Below, piece by piece: positions 1 to 9,210 of a stretch of DNA of 64,000 nucleotides (its first letter is position 1; every line of letters begins with the position of its first letter). This stretch comes from a virus: IMG/VR virus record IMGVR_UViG_3300030019_000008, one strand, 5' to 3'. Under the pieces are notes generated by a model, which worked only from the letters and a program-made list of their open reading frames with translations, searched no databases and was not told the origin of the DNA. A program made the translations under genes and the position numbers.

Positions 1-408
1 TCCAGGACGCATCTCCTGGATGTATTCCTTGATCTGAGCGATGACCTGGCCTTCTTCAGGAGTCGAATATTCGTCGAGCTCCGGGTTGTGCGGAAGAGCA
101 GCAGCAGGAGCTGTCGGATCAACCGGCGCTTCTTCAGGTGCAGCTGCAGGTTCAGCGATCACAGGGGTCTCTGCCACGACGCCTTCCTTCTCCACATACG
201 GAAGTTCGTCGATGGGGGTGTAGCTGCTGGGCAGTCCACGATCCGAGACAGGTGCTTCTTCGGCCGCACTTTCAGCAACCGATTCTTCGACGACCTGAGT
301 TTCCATCACCGGGGCATCCGTCGCAGCGGATTCCGTTGCGGGAGTATCGGTGGTCGTTTCAGCAACAACCGCATCTTCAGTCACGACTTCTTTCACATCT
401 TTAGCCAT
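1..408 (-). CDS. Partial hypothetical protein with acidic Ala/Pro/Thr-rich N-terminus (runs off window edge)
   Basis: ATG at 408 (MAKDVKEVVTEDAVVAETTTDTPATES...) preceded by AAGGAG; overlaps the stop of the upstream HAD gene. Confidence 0.7.
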   Translation of the reverse strand, partial: MAKDVKEVVTEDAVVAETTTDTPATESAATDAPVMETQVVEESVAESAAEEAPVSDRGLPSSYTPIDELPYVEKEGVVAETPVIAEPAAAPEEAPVDPTAPAAALPHNPELDEYSTPEEGQVIAQIKEYIQEMRPG

Positions 409-790
409 GTTCGGCTCCTTGTTCAATAAGAGGGACACCTTTGTTCGGGACTACAGGAATGCATCGATCATCCCAAAGTTCGATCATTCCAGGGTCTTTC
501 AGGTTTGTTACCATCAGACCACCCAGTGCATGTGCTGCAAGAAAGTCTTCTACTCTCTTGCGTTGGATGGGGTCAGCAGCCCTGGCAGTGAAGATTCTGA
601 CTTCCTTACCTTCTGAGAGCCACTTAACAATGCGCTCATACATGGCAGGAATGATGTCTCCAATGTTCTCCAGGTTCTCTTCGCCGTAGTACTCAACCAA
701 TGTACCGTCGAAGTCAACGCCTATCCATCCTTTTTGTGTGTCAGCTTCCAACACTTCTTTACCCAGGAGCTGACCAAGTCCATTACCCAT
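401..790 (-). CDS. HAD-superfamily phosphatase
   Basis: DxD motif IGVDFDGTL, IFTAR motif II, WDDR motif IV. Confidence 0.75.
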   Translation of the reverse strand: MGNGLGQLLGKEVLEADTQKGWIGVDFDGTLVEYYGEENLENIGDIIPAMYERIVKWLSEGKEVRIFTARAADPIQRKRVEDFLAAHALGGLMVTNLKDPGMIELWDDRCIPVVPNKGVPLIEQGAEHG

Positions 791-794
791 TTAA

Positions 795-2081
795 TCACCC
801 CAAGGTATCGTCGAGATCAAGCTCAGCCACAGTCACGCTGTTACCGTGCATCTTCTTCATGAACAAGAGCATGAAGACGTCACCGTACTTTGCCACTGCT
901 GCCGATGCACCTGTAGGGTGTTCTGCCAGACGAGTACCGACACAGCACTTGCAAAAGTCAGTAGCTTCGAGCTTGCAAAACAACGGAGAACGCACGTGAA
1001 CGCGTTTACCTACATAGGATTTGATATTCTCCGCAGTAAGTAAGATGTTCTTGCCTCCTTCGATGACTGTCATACCAATAAGGTTGTCGGTATTTTTATC
1101 CGTCACAACACGAGGCACACCGGTCTTCGAACCGCAGTCATCGATTGTGATTCGGATGTTGGAAGATGCACGAAGCATCCACTTGACCTGGTCACCGCCG
1201 AGGGCTGTCTCAGCACCACGGTTATAAGAACCCGCTCGAAGAATGGACATCATCGTGGGGAACTTATTGATATCCCATCCTTCAGACAAGGATTTGAGAA
1301 CAGGGTCAGCTTGTGTTGATTCCTTAAAGCCTTCTTCAGCACCGAGCATATAGAAGAGCTTTTTACGAACGATGTTGTAGGACTTCTTATCGATCAGAAA
1401 GCCTGCTGCTGAATCCTTGTCGAGTACTTGCTTATCAAGCGCCACAAGCTCAGCATCGATCTTTGCCAGGACTGAAGGATCAGTGAGTTCATCCTTGTGT
1501 TCTTTGAGTAGCTTATCCCTGAGCTCTTTCACAATAGGTGACAGAGTAATTGCACCTTCACTCACACCAGGAACAAACAGTGAAGTAAAGGTAGTCAGGT
1601 AATCAGCAGCCTCAGTGAACTTCAAGTACTCACTAACAAAGATTGCATTGGGTTTGGGATGGAGTGCACGGTCATCGGTGAGCCTGGGTTCGACGACAGC
1701 CTCAATCAAACCAGGTCCAATGTCATCATCGGCAATATACGGAATCTTATCTCCGAACGGCCATACAAGAACAATCCAATTGAACACATACTTCTTGTAT
1801 GTGGTTGTGCTTTTTCCTTCAGTGAGGTTGGGTATTTCACCTGCATTGATTTCGAGTGCTTCGCCTATGGAGAACAACGGGTCTTCCGCCTTGGCATCGT
1901 CAATGACTTCCCAATCACCAGTTTCATGACTGAAGAAGAACACCTTACCTGCTTCTCGCTTGATTGAGAATGGTTTGGGTTCTTTAAGGTCTTCAGCCAC
2001 AGCAAACGCCGAGAACATCCACCAGGCTTGCTTGTAGAGTTCATTCGTGCATGCTTGAACCACGTAATCTCTTTTTTTCAT
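795..2081 (-). CDS. Virion RNA polymerase beta'-like subunit (phiKZ gp80-like)
   Basis: RAGSYNRG..TALGG, DDCGS and VRSPLFC...FCKCCVG beta' zinc-binding motifs. Confidence 0.85.
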   Translation of the reverse strand: MKKRDYVVQACTNELYKQAWWMFSAFAVAEDLKEPKPFSIKREAGKVFFFSHETGDWEVIDDAKAEDPLFSIGEALEINAGEIPNLTEGKSTTTYKKYVFNWIVLVWPFGDKIPYIADDDIGPGLIEAVVEPRLTDDRALHPKPNAIFVSEYLKFTEAADYLTTFTSLFVPGVSEGAITLSPIVKELRDKLLKEHKDELTDPSVLAKIDAELVALDKQVLDKDSAAGFLIDKKSYNIVRKKLFYMLGAEEGFKESTQADPVLKSLSEGWDINKFPTMMSILRAGSYNRGAETALGGDQVKWMLRASSNIRITIDDCGSKTGVPRVVTDKNTDNLIGMTVIEGGKNILLTAENIKSYVGKRVHVRSPLFCKLEATDFCKCCVGTRLAEHPTGASAAVAKYGDVFMLLFMKKMHGNSVTVAELDLDDTLG

Positions 2082-2082
2082 T

Positions 2083-2937
2083 TCAGGAGATCTTCATGTT
2101 GGGTGCTTGATTGATTCTGATGAAGAAGTCACGCACGTGGGTTTGTATTGCGCCCAAGTGTTTGAGGTCGATGAAGTTCTTCGACAGGAAAGGATCAATC
2201 AGCCGGCTATATTCGCCCTCACTGGAATTGGACATAATCACAATACCAATCAGGTTCCGGGCAATCTCAGCATCAGGCAACTCAATCAGCTCTTGATTGT
2301 AGAGTTCCTGATAATAGTCGAACGACATGTTGCAACGCAGACCCGCTTTGATCAATCCGTACAGGAAAGAATCAGGGCAGTCAGAATACAGAGCCTCGAT
2401 CTTCTTGACCTTATCGGGGGAGATCAGATTCTGATCCCTCAGGAAGTCATCGATGTCGAAGTACTTGCTCTTGAGGTTCAGCGAGATTGCTCTGAACAAC
2501 GAGTCTTCCACATCAGTGAAATACCCCATGAATTCTTCAGGCTTGTGAGAAGTCGCGTAGCTGAAGATCTCGCTGAGCTTCTCGATGTTGTCCATCTCCT
2601 TATTGTCACAGATGTCAACCACATGCCCTACATCCTGGAGCTTTTGCAGGTTGTAGAGTGCTTCACATGAGATGACGAGTTGTTCAAGACTGGCTTCCTC
2701 ATCCATATAGATGCTGTGTTGCTTGAGGATGGATTCCAATACATCGGACGTATATCCGATCAGAGCATCGTTCTGATCAGTGGGCTCCAGAAAGTCCGTA
2801 CCCAAGATCAGGTCGTCGTACTGAGCCTCGTGATCTTCTACTCCAAAGTTATCAAAGATTTCATCTGCTCGCTTGAAGAGATCGACGATTTCATGGGAGT
2901 TATTTGCCACTAGCCATGCTGCAAGATTAGTTTGCAT
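2083..2937 (-). CDS. Conserved jumbo-phage hypothetical protein (gp79-like position)
   Basis: 284-aa ORF abutting the vRNAP subunit. Confidence 0.65.
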   Translation of the reverse strand: MQTNLAAWLVANNSHEIVDLFKRADEIFDNFGVEDHEAQYDDLILGTDFLEPTDQNDALIGYTSDVLESILKQHSIYMDEEASLEQLVISCEALYNLQKLQDVGHVVDICDNKEMDNIEKLSEIFSYATSHKPEEFMGYFTDVEDSLFRAISLNLKSKYFDIDDFLRDQNLISPDKVKKIEALYSDCPDSFLYGLIKAGLRCNMSFDYYQELYNQELIELPDAEIARNLIGIVIMSNSSEGEYSRLIDPFLSKNFIDLKHLGAIQTHVRDFFIRINQAPNMKIS

Positions 2938-3045
2938 TTGAGCTTTGGTCCTTGTAAATATTTATGTCCCCCGCAGATATAGTGTATGCGAGATTAGTCA
3001 GACTATTCCTGACATCTTTACTTTACACATAACAAGGGCGCAACC

Positions 3046-3588
3046 ATGACCAAGAAATCTCAAGCACGTCAACAACGGGACTACATGAAGAAGATGGCCG
3101 GCAAACAACTCGACGAACTCGACAAGATCAACGTGCAGTGCAACTCGATGCTGCAACAGCACGAATCCCTCGTCGTCACCTTCGCTCGTCCGGAAATCCT
3201 CGGGAACGTCCAGGACCCGGCACTGGTCGAGAAGAACCTCCGAATTCTCGATCGCGACATCGCAGTGGTCAAGCCCAAGCTCGATGATCTGAAGGATCGC
3301 GCCACTACTCTGGGCAAAGTGCCTGTGGACCAGATCAACATCGAAGACTTCACCTCGCTGATCTTCGACTACGAGTGCTGGATGGACGAGCACCAGTCGC
3401 TGCTGATGCCGACTGCTTCCTACCTGATCGAAGAAATCTCCAAGGCTGAGAACATCAACTACACCAAGGTGCAGCAAGCCAAGGCCGATGCTGGCATCAA
3501 TGGCGAAATCACCGCCGAACATCAAGCCAGCTTGACGGCTGAAGTCACCGGTGAAGGCACGCAGAAACCTGAAGAGGTGCAAGAATGA
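3046..3588 (+). CDS. Hypothetical helical/coiled-coil protein
   Basis: 180-aa ORF with biased codon usage; ATGA overlap with next gene. Confidence 0.75.
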   Translation: MTKKSQARQQRDYMKKMAGKQLDELDKINVQCNSMLQQHESLVVTFARPEILGNVQDPALVEKNLRILDRDIAVVKPKLDDLKDRATTLGKVPVDQINIEDFTSLIFDYECWMDEHQSLLMPTASYLIEEISKAENINYTKVQQAKADAGINGEITAEHQASLTAEVTGEGTQKPEEVQE

Positions 3589-5216
3589 GCGATCGTGAAG
3601 TAGAAGTCATCACTGATCCGGCGATGGTTGCTGTGGATGAGGAACCTGTGGCTGTTGCGGCTACTGAAGTTCCTCCCGCGGTTGATTCCGGTATTGGTAT
3701 CGAAGAAGTCGATATCGATGAAGCTCCGGTCAACTCCGCCGCCACTGAAGCTGCTCCAGTGAGCGGAGATGTCAATGGTCCTGATTCTGTCGACATCTCC
3801 ATCGATATCGTGGACATGACCTATCCGGACATCGTTCACCAGACGGCCGAACAAACTGTTCAGCCCAAGTCCGGCGTGCTTGACCCCGACAACTCCATTC
3901 TGGTGTTTCCTGGAGACAACTCGAGCGACACTATCGAGACGATCTCTGCTGCACCGAACATGATCCTCGACACGCCCTGGCAGAAGGCGTTCAAGGAATC
4001 TCGCGGTGTGGCCGTGCCTCCCGGCTACTACACGAACACCATCAAGCGCAAGGATGCTGTCTTCGCACAGACCATCGCATCTGAACGCGGTCCTCTGACG
4101 GTGGCTGAGCCTCGCTTCAAGGATAACGTCGGTGTGCCGGCTACGGGTGAGCACGCTCTTCGCAGGGTGCGTTCTCTGCTGGGTCGCGGTACGTCCTTAC
4201 AGATTCCGTGCTGGCACTCGGGCTTTTGGCTCACTCTGCGTAACCCGACTGAATCTGAACTGCTCGAGCTGCATCGCAAGATCGGTGAAGAGAAGATCAA
4301 CCTCGGTCGGCAGACCTGGGGTATGGCTCTGTCCAGTGTGAACGCCACGTTCAACAACATCATGATGGAATTCGTGATTGACCACGTCTACGACACCAGT
4401 GTCAAGGATCTGGACAACTCGGATCTGGCAGAATACCTCAGCGTACTCGACTGGCCCGTCGTGATCTGGGGTGTGGCGCTGACCGTCTATCGCAACGGCT
4501 TCCAGTATTCCCGCCCCTGCGTGAACAACCCGGCTCAGTGCCAGCACGTCTTTACTGGCATCATCAACCTCGCCAAGATGCTCTGGGTTGATGAGAAGCG
4601 GTTCTCGGAACGTCAGATCGCACACATGACCAATCGTGGCGGTAGCACGATGACCAAGGATTCGCTCAAGATATACAGCGATGAATTCGTCCTCAACCAC
4701 GGTCGCGATGTTGACCTCGGCAACGGTATCAAGGCAGCGCTAAAGATCCCGAAGATGAACGAAGGCCTGTTCTTGGGCCAGCGGTGGATCAACAACATCG
4801 TCACGCGAGTGATGAACCTCACCTCAGTTGAACTCAGTGAGAATGAGCTCAATCGTCACATCAGTGACATGAGTAAGGCATCGTACCTGCGTCAGTTCGA
4901 GCACTGGATCGAGAGCGTCGATGCGGATGGGATTCTGGTCAAGAAACAACGGCTGGAAGACGATGTGCTGACGAAGCTGCTCGAAGAGCTCAGTTCGGAT
5001 GATGAAGTCCGCACCAAGCTCGAGGCCGAGATTTCGGAATTCATGGCCGACTCGACATCAGCAATCGTCGCGCTCACGAACATGGAATGTCCGAAGTGCG
5101 GCCATCGCGAGAAAGACGCGCTCAAGCAGTTCAAGTACCTGGTTCCGATTGAGCCTCTCATGGTTTTTTTTATCCTGCTCGCGCAGAAAGTGTCTGGAGT
5201 GGCAAACCGGGTGTAG
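3585..5216 (+). CDS. Putative tail/baseplate-hub assembly chaperone-like protein (short, unshifted form)
   Basis: 543 aa, acidic N-terminus, Cys pairs (CVNNPAQC, CPKC); slippery T8 run 14 codons before the stop. Function is inference. Confidence 0.6.
   Translation: MSDREVEVITDPAMVAVDEEPVAVAATEVPPAVDSGIGIEEVDIDEAPVNSAATEAAPVSGDVNGPDSVDISIDIVDMTYPDIVHQTAEQTVQPKSGVLDPDNSILVFPGDNSSDTIETISAAPNMILDTPWQKAFKESRGVAVPPGYYTNTIKRKDAVFAQTIASERGPLTVAEPRFKDNVGVPATGEHALRRVRSLLGRGTSLQIPCWHSGFWLTLRNPTESELLELHRKIGEEKINLGRQTWGMALSSVNATFNNIMMEFVIDHVYDTSVKDLDNSDLAEYLSVLDWPVVIWGVALTVYRNGFQYSRPCVNNPAQCQHVFTGIINLAKMLWVDEKRFSERQIAHMTNRGGSTMTKDSLKIYSDEFVLNHGRDVDLGNGIKAALKIPKMNEGLFLGQRWINNIVTRVMNLTSVELSENELNRHISDMSKASYLRQFEHWIESVDADGILVKKQRLEDDVLTKLLEELSSDDEVRTKLEAEISEFMADSTSAIVALTNMECPKCGHREKDALKQFKYLVPIEPLMVFFILLAQKVSGVANRV
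5165..5171 (+). other. Putative -1 ribosomal frameshift slippery heptamer T TTT TTT
   Basis: ATG GTT TTT TTT ATC in frame 0; a -1 slip enters the 165-codon open frame. Confidence 0.65.
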
Positions 5217-5668
5217 GCAAGCCTCACATCTTCGATCCCGACTTTGGAGACCCTTCCAATCCTCGGTATGCCAACTCCATCGAAGTCATCGACTCCGAGA
5301 TAAGAAAACTCATCTCGCTGACCAAAAAACTATCTTCCTCTGAGATTAAGTTCTATCTCATTGACAAGTATGAAACAGCATATGGTATTCGTAACCATGA
5401 TACTGATGTTGATTCAAGTTTTGGTATCTTTGCATTTAACTCGTGTGAAGATTCGATGACATCCAGTCTGCTGTACGAGCGCGCTGAGGAGTTTGTAAGT
5501 TACAAGGTCGGCGAGTACTTTAAGCTCAGTTGGGTGGAGTTTATGGATCTGTCACATGAGCAATGCAATATGCTCATTGATATATCCAAGAAAAGATTGA
5601 CTGCGGATACTAATACGGTCAATGCCATAGCGAACACATTCAACAACATGGAATCGCCCAAGAAGTAA
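5171..5668 (+). CDS. C-terminal extension probably expressed by -1 frameshift from the 3585 gene
   Basis: -1 frame open from 5153 to 5668 with no ATG until 5456; contains YFKLSWVEFMDLS, reminiscent of gpGT/gp51-type C-terminal domains. Confidence 0.65.
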   Translation, partial: YPARAESVWSGKPGVGKPHIFDPDFGDPSNPRYANSIEVIDSEIRKLISLTKKLSSSEIKFYLIDKYETAYGIRNHDTDVDSSFGIFAFNSCEDSMTSSLLYERAEEFVSYKVGEYFKLSWVEFMDLSHEQCNMLIDISKKRLTADTNTVNAIANTFNNMESPKK

Positions 5669-5725
5669 TTATTCCAGAGGGGTGGGGCATTAGCCTCATT
5701 CTTCTGGAAGTTTTTTGAGGTAAGT

Positions 5726-6205
5726 ATGCTTCGTGTAAACCACAATAGCAATTTCCTGAATGAAGGATATGACATCTATGTCTGTCCTGTGAATTGCGTG
5801 GGTGTGATGGGTGCTGGTGTTGCGCTGCATTTTAGCAACAGAATGAGTGCTGTTGGTAGGAAAGCATACATCGATGCCTGTATGAGTGGCCTGATGAAAC
5901 GCAAAGCGTGTATCCTGGTGGATGGTAGCTGGAAGATAGGTAAAGGCGCCACTATCGCTATGCTAGCCACCAAGAATGACTGGAGGCGAGACAGTGATGT
6001 TGATCTGATCAAGAGAGGACTGGTCGAGTTGCGAGATCTGGCTTTGAATATGGCGGATGATCTGCGCTGGGAGTTTGCATCTATCTCCATGCCTGCGATT
6101 GGATGCGGAAGAGGTAATCTTTCGCTGGATCAAGTGATGCCTGTCATCGAAGAAGTATTTGATGAAGATCCTCGAATACTCGTAACCGTTCATCTGGTTG
6201 ACTGA
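5726..6205 (+). CDS. Macrodomain (ADP-ribose processing, Poa1p/DarG-like) protein
   Basis: PVNCVGVMGAGVA, ATKNDWR and MPAIGCGRGNL macrodomain motifs. Confidence 0.85.
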   Translation: MLRVNHNSNFLNEGYDIYVCPVNCVGVMGAGVALHFSNRMSAVGRKAYIDACMSGLMKRKACILVDGSWKIGKGATIAMLATKNDWRRDSDVDLIKRGLVELRDLALNMADDLRWEFASISMPAIGCGRGNLSLDQVMPVIEEVFDEDPRILVTVHLVD

Positions 6206-6228
6206 AAAAAAAAGAACATAGTAGAAGG

Positions 6229-6265
6229 TATTCACTCTAGATGCCTTGGGCATCTAGAGTGAATA
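6229..6265. terminator. Bidirectional terminator-like hairpin between convergent genes
   Basis: TATTCACTCTAGATGC / GCATCTAGAGTGAATA perfect inverted repeat. Confidence 0.75.
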
Positions 6266-6275
6266 TTTGTACGTC

Positions 6276-6719
6276 TTATTTCTTCTGCTGGTCCTCTTGA
6301 TGCTTACGCACGGCACTCTTGCAGTTCTTGTAAACCTGCAGGATACGACCACCCAGCGGCATGTCACCGAAGATGTACTCCAGGTCCGTATCGAACAGAG
6401 CAGTCGGGTCGATGATGAAACCAGACTCACGCAGGGCTGCTGTGGTGCTGTAGGCCACTGCGAACTTGCCAGTCTTGATGGCTTCTGCTGCCATGTAGCG
6501 TTCGAACACCACCAACATGCCCAATGGCGTGTAGTGGAAGAGCAGTCGCTTGCCAGCGGCCGTCACGGACTTACGAGTCTCCCCGAAAGTCATCCCGAAG
6601 GATTCACCACTTGCCACAGCTCTGTCGTAGAATCCATCCCCGCTAGACCACGCGGGATTGAAGGGAATTTCCTTCACCGTTTCAGTGAAGATCTTATCGA
6701 ACTTGCTCTTTGTCGTCAT
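6276..6719 (-). CDS. Hypothetical phage protein
   Basis: 147-aa ORF in the minus-strand accessory cluster. Confidence 0.7.
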   Translation of the reverse strand: MTTKSKFDKIFTETVKEIPFNPAWSSGDGFYDRAVASGESFGMTFGETRKSVTAAGKRLLFHYTPLGMLVVFERYMAAEAIKTGKFAVAYSTTAALRESGFIIDPTALFDTDLEYIFGDMPLGGRILQVYKNCKSAVRKHQEDQQKK

Positions 6720-6743
6720 TTTTGTGTTCCGTTATTGTTGTCT

Positions 6744-7091
6744 TCAGAATTCACAGTTCCGCCAGGGGACGATGAGGTAATCCACAGCCTTGACCCAGCC
6801 GAGGGTCTTGATGGGATCGTCCTTCTCTCCTGGCGCAGTGCCGATCAAGTAGTACTTGATACCCTTCTCGATCTTGGTCTCGAGAACGACGTATGCTCCC
6901 ACATCGAGCGTCCCGATCTTGGTCCTGCCGGGATTGGCATAGACGTCGGGGTTGGTAGTGGGAGCGGGCACCAGGTTGCGACCAGATGCATTGAATTTCA
7001 TATAGATGCAAGTGTCAGGTGGAACAGCCTGACAAATGCCGGCAAACAGAAACAAGAGAAATGCGATGAAGTATTTCACGATACACTCCAA
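6744..7091 (-). CDS. Secreted SH3-like domain protein
   Basis: Signal-peptide-like N-terminus (KYFIAFLLFLFAGICQA), then VYANP...KIGTL...YYLI...LGWV pattern typical of SH3b; start may be the GTG a few codons in. Confidence 0.55.
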   Translation of the reverse strand: MECIVKYFIAFLLFLFAGICQAVPPDTCIYMKFNASGRNLVPAPTTNPDVYANPGRTKIGTLDVGAYVVLETKIEKGIKYYLIGTAPGEKDDPIKTLGWVKAVDYLIVPWRNCEF

Positions 7092-7143
7092 TAATGGAAA
7101 AGGGAAGATTGCTTTATTTTGTTTTACGGCAGAAAAGAAAAAA

Positions 7144-7177
7144 GTTCCCTAACAGCTTCTCCAGGCTGTTAGGGAAC
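7144..7177 (-). terminator. Intrinsic terminator
   Basis: GTTCCCTAACAGC / GCTGTTAGGGAAC stem followed by a T-tract on the minus strand. Confidence 0.7.
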
Positions 7178-7221
7178 AAAGATGGCCACTCTGGTTGTGT
7201 GGGCGGCCATGTAACTGATCG

Positions 7222-7773
7222 TTACGCTTCCTGGGCGACATGGTCATCATGCCTGCGTCCGAAGTTGAACCATTTGGCGATGCGGAAGACATTGTCCGGG
7301 ATCACCTCAACGGGCTTCACATACTCGTGCCCGTTGGTATCGAGCTTCGCAAGCTTGGTGTATTCGCTGGTCCTGGAGTCTTCACCAGCAGGAGAATACA
7401 CGATCACCTGGAGGTTCTTTCCGATCACAGGCATGTAGCCGCGAATCATGAAAGAATCTGCCAGTGTGCAGGCTGCGATGGCGTGATGGAGAATGGTCAG
7501 ATTGCAACGGCAATCCTTGAGTGTGACCCGGCCGTTATTGCGCCAAGCCTTGAGCGGCTCAGCATAGATCGATTCCGGGAATTCCCGGAAGAACGGGGCG
7601 ATCGCGAACGTGCGGAACAAGTCCGTTTCATCCGTGTTGTCAAACATAAAGCTGGGGTTGAACCCCATCAGCGTTGCGATCGGCACAAAGATGTGCTCGA
7701 AGAGTGTAGCCATGAAACCATGGCCGAAATTGGAGTTGCTGCTCGGTGCTTCGTTAACGAATGCGAGTTTCAT
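7222..7773 (-). CDS. Hypothetical protein
   Basis: ATG at 7773 with AGGAG RBS. Confidence 0.65.
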   Translation of the reverse strand: MKLAFVNEAPSSNSNFGHGFMATLFEHIFVPIATLMGFNPSFMFDNTDETDLFRTFAIAPFFREFPESIYAEPLKAWRNNGRVTLKDCRCNLTILHHAIAACTLADSFMIRGYMPVIGKNLQVIVYSPAGEDSRTSEYTKLAKLDTNGHEYVKPVEVIPDNVFRIAKWFNFGRRHDDHVAQEA

Positions 7774-7848
7774 TTCAATCTCCTGTTTGTCTTCATAAAA
7801 ATACCCTCGTTGGTATTTTTCTCCTGTCACCAACGAGGGTATGAAACA

Positions 7849-8052
7849 TTAGTCGAGATAAGCTTCGACGGCTTTCCGGGCCTTGCGGATAGTTTCCCGC
7901 GAAGGTGCAGAGGTGATGTAGACCCCAAGGTCCCAAGAACCAAACCTCTTTTGCTGCTCCCAGACTGCAAGAGCAGTATGCACGTTGATATTGTTCAACA
8001 TGCAGAAGAAGTCAAACCGGACAAAGTCAACCTTGGGTGTGTTACGCGACAT
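7849..8052 (-). CDS. Small hypothetical protein
   Basis: 67 aa, AGGAG RBS. Confidence 0.6.
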   Translation of the reverse strand: MSRNTPKVDFVRFDFFCMLNNINVHTALAVWEQQKRFGSWDLGVYITSAPSRETIRKARKAVEAYLD

Positions 8053-8111
8053 ACTTTTCTCCTGTTATGTCGTTGAAGGAAATGATACTTTACTGCAACT
8101 TCAGACCACTG

Positions 8112-8798
8112 TCAAACTTCTGCGATAGATTGCAGATAGCTGATCATCGTGTCGCTTTTCTCTTTCACGATGTCGGCAATATTGCGCTCGTCCAGCAAGA
8201 GATCCAGCGCATTCATTCCCTTGCCGCCGACGGCCTCAACAAAGGCCTTGATGCGAGGATCATCGTACTCGATGCTGATCTCGCGATCATTGGCGCAGAG
8301 CACACGAACCTTACCCAGCACCGTGCTGTACTCGATGGCTTTCAGACCATCGTCAGCAATCAGTGATGATGCCGAGCTATCCCAGTTGCTAAAGTACTTG
8401 GCGTAGACTCGATTGAATTTCGCCAGCAGCGGATGCTCTTCTTGCAGACATCCAGAGACTTTGTGCAGGATGCCCAGGATCTTGTTCAGATCCGGTTTGG
8501 GATTTTTGAATTCCTTCTCCAGATCCACAGCACTGAACTTGAGTTTCAGGAGGTTGGGGAGTTCTCGCGCAAAGACGAAGACACTGACGTGCATCCCCTT
8601 ATTGTTTTCATTAACCTCCAATACCATGTATCCACGATATTCACCATATCCGGATACGTAAAGCATCGGCTTTCCGCCGGGACGATTTCCGATATAGAGA
8701 CCCGGTTTCGGACGATTGTCCAGAGTGACCGGAGATGCAATCGGCAACACTTCCGGTATATCGCACAGTTGTTCAAACACCTTTTCACCAGGTGACAT
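8112..8798 (-). CDS. Hypothetical protein
   Basis: Likely start ATG 8798 (GGAG RBS) right after the upstream stop. Confidence 0.65.
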   Translation of the reverse strand: MSPGEKVFEQLCDIPEVLPIASPVTLDNRPKPGLYIGNRPGGKPMLYVSGYGEYRGYMVLEVNENNKGMHVSVFVFARELPNLLKLKFSAVDLEKEFKNPKPDLNKILGILHKVSGCLQEEHPLLAKFNRVYAKYFSNWDSSASSLIADDGLKAIEYSTVLGKVRVLCANDREISIEYDDPRIKAFVEAVGGKGMNALDLLLDERNIADIVKEKSDTMISYLQSIAEV

Positions 8799-8799
8799 C

Positions 8800-9156
8800 T
8801 TAGTCTCCAATGAAATCCTGGAACATGCGCTTGGCACATTCCGGACACAGCATATAGACAGGTCCACAAGATCCTTCAGCGGGATCGCGAGCGGGCTTAA
8901 CATGCTTCTTTTCAGCACCACAGTGCTCGCACTCCCCCAGATCCTCAGAGTGGTCCTTTCTCCACTGCTGCCGATCCGCATAACACTCATCGCACAGATC
9001 TTCGACCTCGGACCCAAACGAATCCGTCTCACCAACCACACGACGCGTCGCAGGACGGCCTTCGTGATTGTCGCACATCATCCCGGCAGGCACTGCGATG
9101 ACGCTACCAGGAAGGTTACTGCTTGGTCCGATTGCACCGGCCATAATTACCTCCAT
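8800..9156 (-). CDS. Cys-rich putative zinc-finger protein
   Basis: CDNH, CDEC, CEHC and CPEC metal-binding pairs. Confidence 0.7.
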   Translation of the reverse strand: MEVIMAGAIGPSSNLPGSVIAVPAGMMCDNHEGRPATRRVVGETDSFGSEVEDLCDECYADRQQWRKDHSEDLGECEHCGAEKKHVKPARDPAEGSCGPVYMLCPECAKRMFQDFIGD

Positions 9157-9210
9157 TGAAACAAAATGATAGAACTACCTCCTACTGGTTATATGTCGCT
9201 GAGATTTGTT

